DNA from: Antedon mediterranea | Taxonomy: Eukaryota > Animalia > Echinodermata | Assembly: GCF_964355755.1 (NCBI RefSeq) | Contig: NC_092670.1 | Coordinates: 16,726,795-16,790,794, forward strand | Length of the DNA: 64,000 nucleotides | Reading direction: 5' to 3' | Shown here: piece by piece, positions 1-12,600 of the stretch | Layout: the number at the start of each line of letters is the position of its first letter | Numbering within the stretch: the first letter of the stretch is position 1 | Notes under the pieces: generated by a model | Database searches by the model: none | Told to the model about the DNA's origin: nothing | What the model saw: only the letters and a program-made list of their open reading frames with translations | Made by a program: the position numbers and the translations under genes

Positions 1-3000
1 TTGTTGTTTAGCTGCTGGCAACACTTGTCCAGCAGCAGCTGCAAGCATCAATTGTTCAGGAACTGTAGGTTCCAAATGTTCTGAACTACAAGCATCATTT
101 TGTTGTTTAGCTGCTGGCAACACTTGTCCAGCAGCAGCTGCAAGCATCAATTGTTCATGAACTGTAGGTTCCAAATGTTCTGAACTACAAGCATCATTTT
201 GTTGTTTAGCTGCTGGCAACACTTGTCCAGCAGCAGCTGCAAGCATCAATTGTTCATGAACTGTAGGTTCCAAATGTTCTGAACTACAAGCATCATTTTG
301 TTGTTTAGCTGCTGGCAAAACTTGTCCAGCAGCAGCTGCAAGCGTCAATTGTTCAGGACCTGTAGGTTCTAAATGTTCTGAACTACAAGCATAATTTTGT
401 TGTTTAGCTGCTGGCAACACTTGTCCAGCAGCAGCTGCAAGCATCAATTGTTCATGAACTGTAGGTTCCAAATGTTCTGAACTACAAGCATCATTTTGTT
501 GTTTAGCTGCTGGCAACACTTGTCCAGCAGCAGCTGCAAGCATCAATTGTTCAGGAACTGTAGGTTCCAAATGTTCTGAACTACAAGCATCATTTTGTTG
601 TTTAGCTGCTGGCAACACTTGTCCAGCAGCAGCTGCAAGCATCAATTGTTCAGGAACTGTAGGTTCCAAATGTTCTGAACTACAAGCATCATTTTGTTGT
701 TTAGCTGCTGGCAACACTTGTCCAGCAGCAGCTGCAAGCATCAATTGTTCAGGAACTGTAGGTTCCAAATGTTCTGAACTACAAGCATCATTTTGTTGTT
801 TAGCTGCTGGCAACACTTGTCCAACAGCAGCTGCAAGCATCAATTGTTCAGGAACTGTAGGTTCCAAATGTTCTGAACTACAAGCATCATTTTGTTGTTT
901 AGCTGCTGGCAACACTTGTCCAGCAGCAGCTGCAAGCATCAATTGTTCATGAACTGTAGGTTCCAAATGTTCTGAACTACAAGCATCATTTTGTTGTTTA
1001 GCTGCTGGCAACACTTGTCCAGCAGCAGCTGCAAGCATCAATTGTTCATGAACTGTAGGTTCCAAATGTTCTGAACTACAAGCATCATTTTGTTGTTTAG
1101 CTGCTGGCAAAACTTGTCCAGCAGCAGCTGCAAGCGTCAATTGTTCAGGACCTGTAGGTTCTAAATGTTCTGAACTACAAGCATAATTTTGTTGTTTAGC
1201 TGCTGGCAACACTTGTCCAGCAGCAGCTGCAAGCATCAATTGTTCATGAACTGTAGGTTCCAAATGTTCTGAACTACAAGCATCATTTTGTTGTTTAGCT
1301 GCTGGCAACACTTGTCCAGCAGCAGCTGCAAGCATCAATTGTTCATGAACTGTAGGTTCCAAATGTTCTGAACTACAAGCATCATTTTGTTGTTTAGCTG
1401 CTGGCAACACTTGTCCAGCAGCAGCTGCAAGCATCAATTGTTCAGGAACTGTAGGTTCCAAATGTTCTGAACTACAAGCATCATTTTGTTGTTTAGCTGC
1501 TGGCAACACTTGTCCAGCAGCAGCTGCAAGCATCAATTGTTCAGGAACTGTAGGTTCCAAATGTTCTGAACTACAAGCATCATTTTGTTGTTTAGCTGCT
1601 GGCAACACTTGTCCAGCAGCAGCTGCAAGCATCAATTGTTCAGGAACTGTAGGTTCCAAATGTTCTTAACTACAAGCATCATTTTGTTGTTTAGCTGCTG
1701 GCAACACTTGTCCAGCAGCAGCTGCAAGCATCAATTGTTCATGAACTGTAGGTTTCATATGCTCTGAGCTACAAGCATCATTTTGTTGTTTAGCTGCTGG
1801 CAACACTTGTCCAGCAGCAGCTGCAAGCATCAATTGTTCAGGAACTGTAGGTTCCAAATGTTCTGAACTACAAGCATCATTTTGTTGTTTAGCTGCTGGC
1901 AACACTTGTCCAGCAGCAGCTGCAAGCATCAATTGTTCATGAACTGTAGGTTCCAAATGTTCTGAACTACAAGCATCATTTTGTTGTTTAGCTGCTGGCA
2001 ACACTTGTCCAGCAGCAGCTGCAAGCATCAATTGTTCAGGAACTGTAGGTTTCATATGCTCTGAGCTACAAGCATCATTTTGTTGTTTAGCTGCTGGCAA
2101 CACTTGTCCAGCAGCAGCTGCAAGCATCAATTGTTCAGGAACTGTTGGTTCCAAATGTTCTGAACTACAAGCATCATTTTGTTGTTTAGCTGCTGGCAAC
2201 ACTTGTCCAGCAGCAGCTGCAAGCATCAATTGTTCAGGAACTGTAGGTTCCAAATGTTCTGAACTACAAGCATCATTTTGTTGTTTAGCTGCTGGCAACA
2301 CTTGTCCAGCAGCAGCTGCAAGCATCAATTGTTCATGAACTGTAGGTTCCAAATGTTCTGAACTACAAGCATCATTTTGTTGTTTAGCTGCTGGCAACAC
2401 TTGTCCAGCAGCAGCTGCAAGCATCAATTGTTCAGGAACTGTAGGTTTCATATGCTCTGAGCTACAAGCATCATTTTGTTGTTTAGCTGCTGGCAACACT
2501 TGTCCAGCAGCAGCTGCAAGCATCAATTGTTCAGGAACTGTAGGTTCCAAATGTTCTGAACTACAAGCATCATTTTGTTGTTTAGCTGCTGGCAACACTT
2601 GTCCAGCAGCAGCTGCAAGCATCAATTGTTCATGAACTGTAGGTTCCAAATGTTCTGAACTACAAGCATCATTTTGTTGTTTAGCTGCTGGCAACACTTG
2701 TCCAGCAGCAGCTGCAAGCATCAATTGTTCATGAACTGTAGGTTCCAAATGTTCTGAACTACAAGCATCATTTTGTTGTTTAGCTGCTGGCAACACTTGT
2801 CCAGCAGCAGCTGTAAGCATCAATTGTTCAGGAACTGTAGGTTCCATATGCTATGAGCTACAAGCATAATTTTGTTGTTTAGCTGCTGGCAACATGTCCA
2901 GCAGCAGCTGCAAGCATCAATTGTTCATGAACTGTAGGTTCCATATGCTCTGAGCTACAAGCATCATTTTGTTGTTTAGCTGCTGGCAACATGTCCAGCA

Positions 3001-3215
3001 GCAGCTGCAAGCATCAATTGTTCATGAACTGTAGGTTCCATATGCTCTGAGCTACAAGCATCATTTGTTGTTTAGCTGCTGGCAAAACTTGTTCAGCAGC
3101 AGCTGCAAGCATCAATTGTTCATGAACTGTAGGTTCCATATGCTCTGAGCTACAAGCATCATTTGTTGTTTAGCTGCTGGCAAAACTTGTTCAGCAGCAG
3201 CTGCAAGCATCAATC
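1..3215. repeat. 99-bp tandem satellite (>=32 copies, runs off the window start), apparently intronic to the EGF gene
   Basis: Unit TTGTTGTTTAGCTGCTGGCAACACTTGTCCAGCAGCAGCTGCAAGCATCAATTGTTCA(G/T)GAACTGTAGGTTCCAAATGTTCTGAACTACAAGCATCATT recurs at 1, 100, 199 and so on. It degrades after ~2850. Confidence 0.97.
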
Positions 3216-3647
3216 AAGCTGCAATACCATTTGTTCAAGACCTGTATAAACTACAAGCACCATTGGCCTGTAGCTGCTGGATTTCTCCAGGGGGTAACCA
3301 AAAGCTGCGATCACCATTTATCCATGGTCTGCAAGCAGCACTCATTCAGGAACTTTTCCATACAGGCAACTTTTGTAATATCATACTGCTGAATAGCTAT
3401 ATGTAAAGTTGCAGTAGTGGAGCTGTAGCTTGTTTGTGTGCTTCCCTTTCAATCCCAAGGTCTAGGGTTCAATCTTGACCTAGTGTCATGGTTGTGTAAC
3501 ACACAACTCTTCCCACTTACCTCCCTCAGCCTCTAATGAGACTTGGTTTATAAGCATATATAAATATAGTTTATCCATCCTGTTAATGGTGTGTTGCTCT
3601 CTATTGAATGCTTATGAATTATTATTTATTTTTGAATAATCTTATAG

Positions 3648-6600
3648 ACTTTGATGAGTGTTCCAGTCTTCCCTGTCAAAATGGAGCAGCATGTAGTAAT
3701 CTAGCCAACCGCTATACGTGTACCTGTGTAGCTGGCTATTCTGGGATCAACTGTGATACAAGTAAGCACATAATGTTTATTATAAATAATAAATTTATTT
3801 ATAATAAATTTTACAACACACTTTTATTGGTTAATTAGGCATGTGTCATTTGGAATTAGCCCTACCTAATGCAAAAATATTGGTGATAATTAACGTGCTC
3901 TAATGCACATTGTTTTGGTATTCGGAAATTGTAATGTACCAATTCAATTTAAAATAGTGTTTTAAACATTAATGTATACAAAATGAACTAATAACACCCT
4001 TTACACATGCCCATTCAATACCTTCAACATATTGGTAATACAGTATATTTATGTTTCAACATTTTTTGTTGATTTACAGATATCAATGAATGTTTTAGTA
4101 ATCCATGCCAGAATAATGCAGTATGTATAGATGGTGTGAACCTTTACACCTGTGATTGTATTGCTGGCTGGACTGGAGCAGACTGTCAAATAGGTAAGAA
4201 CACATCATACATGTATTAGCAATGGTGTCAGTGTTGCCATTTACATGGTACACGGTGTCAGTGTTACCATTAACACAGTTCATGGAATCAGTGTTACCAT
4301 TTACATAGTACATGGTGTCAGTGTTACCATTTACATAATACATGGTATCAGTGTTACCATTTACACAGTACATGGTGTCAGTGTTACCATTTACATAGTA
4401 CATGGTGTCAGTGTTACCATTTACACAGTACATGGTATCAGTGTTACCATTTACATAATAAATGATGTCAGTGTTACCATTTACACAGTACATGGTGTCA
4501 GTGTTACTATTAACACAGTACATGGTGGCAGTGTTACCATTTACATAGTACATGGTGTCAGTGTTACCATTTACATAGTACATGGTGTCAGTGTTACTAT
4601 TAACACAGTACATGGTATCAGTGTTACCATTTACATAGTACATGGTGTCAGTGTTACCATTTACCTAGTATATGGTGTCAATGTTACCATTAACACAATT
4701 CATGGAATCAGTGTTACCATTTACACAGTACATGGTGTCAGTGTTACCATTTACACAGTACATGGTATCAATGTTACCATTTTCTTAGTACACGGTGTCA
4801 GTGTTACCATTTACACAGTACATGGTGTCAGTGTTACCATTTACATAGTACATGGTGTCAGTGTTACCATTTAAATAGTACATGGTGTCAGTGTTACCAT
4901 TTATATAGTACATGGTATCAGTGTTACCATTTACACAGTACATGGTGTCAGTGTTACCATTTAAATAGTACAATATAGCATGGCACATACAGCAGTGTTC
5001 TGATATACAAGTTTTTTTTATGGTATTTGTTACTTCATTATGCCTCATCTCACTCCCACTATTGTCTATAATGTTTAAATGTTTTATTAATAGATATTGA
5101 TGAATGTGCAAGCAACCCATGTGTCCAGGGCCAATGTGTGAATAACTTGAATTCCTTTACCTGTCTTTGTGATTCTGGATGGCAGGGAACAAAATGTGAT
5201 TTAGGTAAGAAGTGATATGTATTTTTTTAAATTTTATAATTCACAGGGAAATTTCATTCTAGTTAAAAAAGACTTAAAGATGTATTGTCCCTTGAAACAC
5301 AAAAAATGAAGGTCAAAATATTCTAAATTTAAATTGGCCATATAAAAGTAATATTAAAGTTCTTCACTTTAAGTCGAAAATTTGAGCCAAAAACAAAAAG
5401 TTTACGTAATTAACAGGTAAGTTAATTTGATTACATTTCGTCTGGAAAATCGTCGCGAGCAGAAGTAAACAAAGATTTCAAGCCACGAGTATGCATTATG
5501 CATGATGCTAATTAGGATTGTTTACAACTCATCACGGTTGAGAAGGTATTCTCACACAGATCGCGAGGAAGTTTTATGATTATGCATACAGAGTAGCCAT
5601 CGAAAACTTTGACTGGAAGTCAAAGTTATTTTTTAAACCAAAAAACGTCTGTATTTCAATTAAATGATTTTTTTTTTCGAATAATTTTTTGTGAACTTTT
5701 TTTGGAATTAGTCAAAGGGATACTATTATGATACTTCAAAATGACCCACTTTTTTTTTCGAAATCTTTAAAAAAAAATGTTTTTTTGGGAATTAGTCAAA
5801 GGGACAATACATCTTTAATAAGAAAAAAGATGTATTTACAATATATAAATATAAACTTCTCCCTCACCTAGAAATTCTCTCTGTTCTCCACATCCTTTAA
5901 CTTTACTCTCTATATTTATATTTGTACCCCTCTTCTCTCTGTATTCCATTCTCTTTCTACACACTCCTTCACTCTATAAATCCGTCTCTATATTAAACTC
6001 TCAACTCCTCTCTGTATTTCATTTCTCTCTGTACTCCTTCCACTCTGTACCCCTCTTCTCTCTGTATTCCATTCTCTTTCTACACTCTCCTTCACTCTAT
6101 AAATCCGTCTCTATATTAAACTCTCAACTCCTCTCTGTATTTCATTTCTCTCTGTACTCCTTCCACTCTGTACCCCTCTTCTCTCTGTATTCCATTCTCT
6201 TTCTACACACTCCTTCACTCTATAAATCCGTCTCTATATTAAACTCTCAACTCCTCTCTGTATTTCATTTCTTTCTGTACTCCTTCCACTCTGTACCCCT
6301 CTTCTCTCTGTATTCCATTCTCTTTCTACACTCTCCTTCACTCTATAAATCCGTCTCTATATTAAACTCTCAACTCCTCTCTGTATTTCATTTCTTTCTG
6401 TACTCCTTCCACTCTGTACCCCTCTTCTCTCTGTATTCCATTCTCTTTCTACACTCTCCTTCACTCTATAAATCTGTCTCTATATTAAACTCTCAACTCC
6501 TCTCTGTATTTCATTTCTTTCTGTACTCCTTCCACTCTGTACCCCTCTTCTCTCTGTATTCCATTCTCTTTCTACACTCTCCTTCACTCTATAAATCCGT

Positions 6601-9600
6601 CTCTATATTAAACTCTCAACTCCTCTCTGTATTTCATTTCTCTCTGTACTCCTTCCACTCTGTACCCCTCTTCTCTCTGTATCCCATTCTCTTTCTACAC
6701 TCTCCTTCACTCTATAAATCCGTCTCTATATTAAACTCTCAACTCCTCTCTGTATTTCATTTCTCTCTGTACTCCTTCCACTCTGTACCCCTCTTCTCTC
6801 TGTATTCCATTCTCTTTCTACACTCTCCTTCACTCTATAAATCTGTCTCTATATTAAACTCGCAACTCCTCTCTGTATTTCATTTCTTTCTGTACTTGTA
6901 CACCTGTTTTCTCTGTACTTGTGCCCTTACTTTACTCGTCTCCTCTCTTTACTTCACTCCTCTCTATACCTCCCTATTTTCCTCCTCCTTTTAGTTCCTA
7001 TATTTGTCTCTTTTACCCTCCATGTACTGTCATTCCTTTTCCCATTTTCTTCCTATATTCTCTACCTATCCTTCCTCTTTTCTTTCCATTTATAATTGTA
7101 CTATAATAATATTTATGTGTATTGTTTTGTGTATATTTTTCATTCATTCTTTTTTTTTTTCATAGATTACAACGAATGTAGCAGTAATCCGTGTTATAAT
7201 GGAGCAGTTTGTAATAATCTCTTAAACCAGTATACATGTGTTTGTACCTCAGGTTGGGAAGGATCTAGATGCTCACAAGGTATTGAAATTCTGTAGTAAT
7301 CCGCTTTTTAATATACAGTAAGCGGGCACCCTCGGGACCGGGAAAAGTGGCCGCTTACAGGAGGTTATGCTGATAGAGGGCCAAAATCACATATTGGCCA
7401 TGCACGATATTTTTCGGCGTTCTTAATGCAACAGGCCTCTAAATTCTCTAGCTAATTGTATTTTATTGTTTATGATCAGGTGGTTTAGTATTATTTATGA
7501 TTTTCAGACAAATTTTAAAAGCTTTTATCATAAGAAAATGGTCAGTCAAAATCTGTGTAGTTTTCTCATCTCATCTAAAAAACACAGGAATGCTCTTCAT
7601 AGAAACGTTTTTAAAACTGCTTCGAAACAAAGCTAATATATAAACCACTGTATCAAAATTGTATTTTTGTTGTCTTACTGTTTTGTGCTTACGGAGGTTC
7701 AACTGTATGGAATGGCCCTATACAAATGAACAATTTATTTATTGATTGATATATAATATTGTCATAACCACTTTGAAACATTGTGTAGACTGAATTTTTA
7801 AGAGGATAGTTTTATGTTGTTAAATTTCAAGAATACTTTCTGTTTTCTGTTAATCATGAAATCATTGTTTGATATTTTACTTCCAGACATTGATGAATGT
7901 GCATCTTCTCCATGCATGAACAATGCACAGTGTTCCAATGGCCCCGATATGTACACATGCAATTGTCAATCAGGATGGGAAGGAACCAACTGTGACATAG
8001 GTATGTATGTAATGTGATTACATGGGTATGTATGTAATGTGATTACATGGGTATGTATGTAATGTGATTACATGGGTTTGTATGTACTGTATACATAGAT
8101 ATAACACATACTGCCTATTCTTAGTTTATAAGCCCACCATAACAAAGATTCATTATACATTAGTATATAACATGACTAGCTAAAGCTTGGTTCCCACTAG
8201 AACGTAACGCAAGGACGTAAACGCAACGCAAGCGTTTTAACCAATGTCGCTAGTGGGAACCACGCTTTACTGTTTCATGACCTCCATTTTGTGTTAAAAC
8301 TCTGTAATGATAAACATTAACAATAAAAATGTCCAGAAATTATACTTATACCAAATTGAAATTCTCAAATAATTTATACTCTATTGTGTTCCAAAGGGGG
8401 TGCTTAAATGTACTGTAGATACATGTGTATGATGTCATGAGATGGTTTACTGAAATTTGTATAAATTCATTGCAGATTCCCATGGTTTATGTTTTTCTGT
8501 AATTTATGCTTTTAGACATTAATGAATGTGCCAGCAGTCCATGCCTGAATGGAGCAGCCTGTTTAGATAATATGAATCGTTTTGACTGTACATGTTTAGA
8601 AGGATGGGCAGGCATACTATGCAATCAAGGTAAACACATTCTTATATTTTGAATTTATTTTACTATGGCCAAAGTGGAAAGAGCCTTACATGTGTACCCA
8701 CAATTCTGTATTTGACTAAAAAACGAACAGCCTATGTATGCTAGGTATCCAAAAAGAATGCACATGTTTGATTCATATTAACAAACTACTGATTGAAAAG
8801 TAAAACGAAATTTTTCTTTGTTAGTGTAAGTTGGTTTCACTATTTATAGAATACAGGTTTAATGTTTCAGTAATGAATATAATACATTTTATAACACTTA
8901 TATTATATTAAAATGTACTAGCATCTTTTAAATACAACTATAATACTACATTTTAAAAGAGAATAACCATTAAATATTATATATTATTTTTATTTTGTTG
9001 AATAATTACCATAAAAGCTTACTTAATTATAGTCGCAAAAGAATACATACATTAGATAAACTGTAATACAGTAATATAAGGGGAAACATTTTAAGTAATA
9101 AGAAAATTAGACGTTTCTAATTTTAAATATTTGAACATTTTGTAAGCATCACAGCCATGGTGCAGCAAGTGTGTATTATTCAGGTGGTATTGTTATATTG
9201 TATATTGATTTGACCAATAATACCTTTTTGTATTATTGAGGAAAATCAATATATTATTGATTGTGGCTTGTTATATCACCACACACATTTATTAATCCTT
9301 CTCTTTGTATATATAAATAATTTTGCTAGTTACATACATGCTAGGTATTCTTTTGACATATAGTTTTCGTTTTATGATGCACATTACTATAAATTAAGTC
9401 ATTCTGCACATATTTGTATGTTGCAATCAATGACTTTTCGACTCAATAGCTGCGTAGGTGCATCACAAAATCAACTTGTTTGTAATGTTAAGAATGACTA
9501 CTTCTTTTATATTTGATACATTTTTTTTGTTCTGTTAAAAGCTCACAATATTTTAAAGAGCAAACGTGTTACATTTAATTAAAACATGAATGTAATAACC

Positions 9601-12600
9601 ACAGATGTAATGACATTTTACAATAATCAAGAGGGTAATGTTAACTTTTTTAAGAATAAATGTTGTATGTTATTGATATTACAACCCTGTAGCCAGAGGG
9701 TCAAGTGTTTGAATGAACCACCATTTTGTCTGAAGTGCTCTTTTCAACGAGAGACTAGTAGCAGAAGTAATAGTAAAAAGGCTTTTGTGGGAAAACGAAC
9801 CATTGTGTAAAAATCCTGGCTATGGACTTGTTAATAATCATTATAGAGAAAGACATTTTTGTAGGGCATACTGTTATTTATGTTCTTTCAACTTAGTACA
9901 GTAGTTGTAAATCTTGAATTGACATTTTATATTGACAGTATTAGTTATATTATTATTCTTGTTATCTGATTTCTGTGTTTGTAAATGTTTCTATTTATTT
10001 ACTTGTATAAATCATGACTGTAACATTTTTCCTGAAGTTGTTTGTTTGAGTTTAAATGTCATTAGAGATGCTGTATTTTTGTGAGGACCTCACCTGTGTA
10101 CAATGTAAGTATTTGCCTTGTTGCTCTATGGTATTTGTGGTGTTGTTAGTTACACTTTGTTGAAAGTCAAATGGCATGTTTCTCATAAAGTCTTAAACTC
10201 ACTTTCAAACTCGTTTGACAAAAAAAAAGTGTGATGTGCCGAAATATGGTAGTGATTAGTGATATGCCGAAATATGGTAGTGATATCATCATGTCCATAT
10301 ATTGGCACATCACATTTTGATGTCACATAAAGTTTGATATTCTAGACAGAGTTTTAAACACATCATCAGCTATATCAGTTATATATCTATAAATTGATTA
10401 CTGTAATTGTTTCAAGTATCACTGGGCAGCCACCACCATCTTCATTCTCATCATTGTCATCATTCTTATCATTCTCATCATTTTATTCATTCTCATCATT
10501 GTCATCATTCTTATCATTCTCATCATTTTATTCATTCTCATCATTGTCATCATTCTTATCATTCTCATCATTTTATTCATTCTCATCATTGTCATCATTC
10601 TTATCATTCTCATCATTTTATTCATTCTCATCATTGTCATCATTCTTATCATTCTCATCATTTTATTCATTGTCATCATTGTCATCATTCTTATCATTCT
10701 CATCATTTTATTCATTCTCATCATTGTCATCATTCTTATCATTCTCATCATTTTATTCATTCTCATCATTGTCATTATTCTTATCATTCTCATCATTTTC
10801 ATCATTTTATTCATTCTCTTCATTTTCATTATAATCATTGTCATCATTTCATTCTCATTCTTATCATTCTCATCATTCTTATCATTGTCATCATTCATAT
10901 CATGCTCATCATTGTCATCATTCTTATCATTTTCATCATTCTTATCATGCTCATTATTGTCATCATTGTCATCTTTGTCATCATTTTTATCATCATCATT
11001 CTTATCATCATTGTCATCATTCTTATCATGCTTGTCATGCTCATCTTTCTCATCATTCTTATCATTCTTACCATTCTCACAGTTATCACCAACATCATCA
11101 TTGTCATCATAAGAAACAATAATGTCATTGCCAACGTCATCACCATTTTGTCATCTGAACATGCACTTCACTTTAACAACTTCTCTCTGTAGTTCAATGT
11201 ATGTAAATATAACTCATCAAGTTTAATTCACTGTGTACAGTATTGCTTTCATGTTACCATAGTTACTCACCATTGTTAATCAACCATACTTTGTATTCAT
11301 GCTAATTATAACCTAAGCTTACTCAGAATTTCTTCATATATTATTTTTTAGACAAAACACTACCTTTAGCTTAATAGTGAAACTGATATTATGTTAAGTT
11401 ATGTTTGTGTAGTAATTGAATAGCATGTGTATTATTCATTCCATATTTATTTTTAATATCATTTCGTTTCGTTTATTTATTTGAACACCATAAAAGAAAA
11501 TTAAAATATAAATATATATATTTAAAAAAAAATAGAGATGACAAAATGCTGGGAAGGGGCAGTTTAAGCAAAATACATTGCTGTAATTCAAATGAGTCAG
11601 CTACCCCTATTGTTTGTAATATAAAGAAAGATAATTGTGTGGTATCATTGTAAAGTGTTCTTTTTCTTTTCAATTTAAAGCGATTGATGAATGTGCTAGT
11701 GACCCTTGTCAAAATGGTGGCATTTGTTTTGATGATACTGGCCAGTACACATGTGGATGTCTACCAGGATTCATTGGTCTATTTTGTGAAAATGGTAAGT
11801 CTCTGTTCCATTTGCTATATTCATGAATGTCCATACTTTACATTCTTACATTTACTTCTTTACTCCAATTTCTTGATAACAAAAAACTATCCTCTGAATA
11901 ACAGAAAGTGAATTTTTAAAAGAGTGAATGTTGCAAAACTAATTCAAAAACAAATACAAAACAATGAGACACAGTCTGGTTTTAATTTGAATTGCAGTCG
12001 ATAGTTTGTAACTTGAGGATTTAGGAAAACCATAAACATATACCCCAATGATTGCTATCTCCATTTTAAACAGGAGAGAATTTATGTAAACATATACCCC
12101 TATCTCTATTTTTTAAACAGGATTTTCATAGCAAAATTAAATAATTGTTTTCAGAGATTAATGAGTGTGGAAGTAACCCATGTATTAATGGACAATGCAC
12201 AGATTTTGTGAATGGATACACTTGTCAGTGTAGCAAGGGATACATAGGCCAACAGTGTAATACAGGTATGTTTTTTTTTCCTAATTATGTTTATCTCAAT
12301 ATAACATATATACAGTTTTTATGGTAAACTACAGATGCTCTCTAAGAGTCAAATCACTAATACATGCTCTATTTAATGACTGTTTTTCAATTTTGCGATT
12401 ATAGCCATCAAAGCTATAGGTAGTTACACGTAAGTCATGTGTAGTATAGTATAGTAAAGACGCGCGGTAACGGTAAGCGGGAAACCATGTACATTGTCCC
12501 ATATAGATTCTGTATCTATTCTGAGCGTGAAACTGCCTATCCGCTATGCGTTGAGTGTAATGGTCATAAGGAATAACATAGATTCTATATTTTTATTACC

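Noticed and set aside
1666-2847. 393-aa minus-strand repetitive ORF as a protein-coding gene
   Set aside because: It follows from the 99-bp unit being a multiple of 3. There is an internal stop variant, frameshifting deletions in adjacent units, and no splice or start context.
4095-5120. [10 protein letters not shown] / VHGVSVTIY repeat ORFs (ice-binding or beta-solenoid-like)
   Set aside because: Translations of a 30-bp intronic minisatellite, open on both strands and interrupted by stops.
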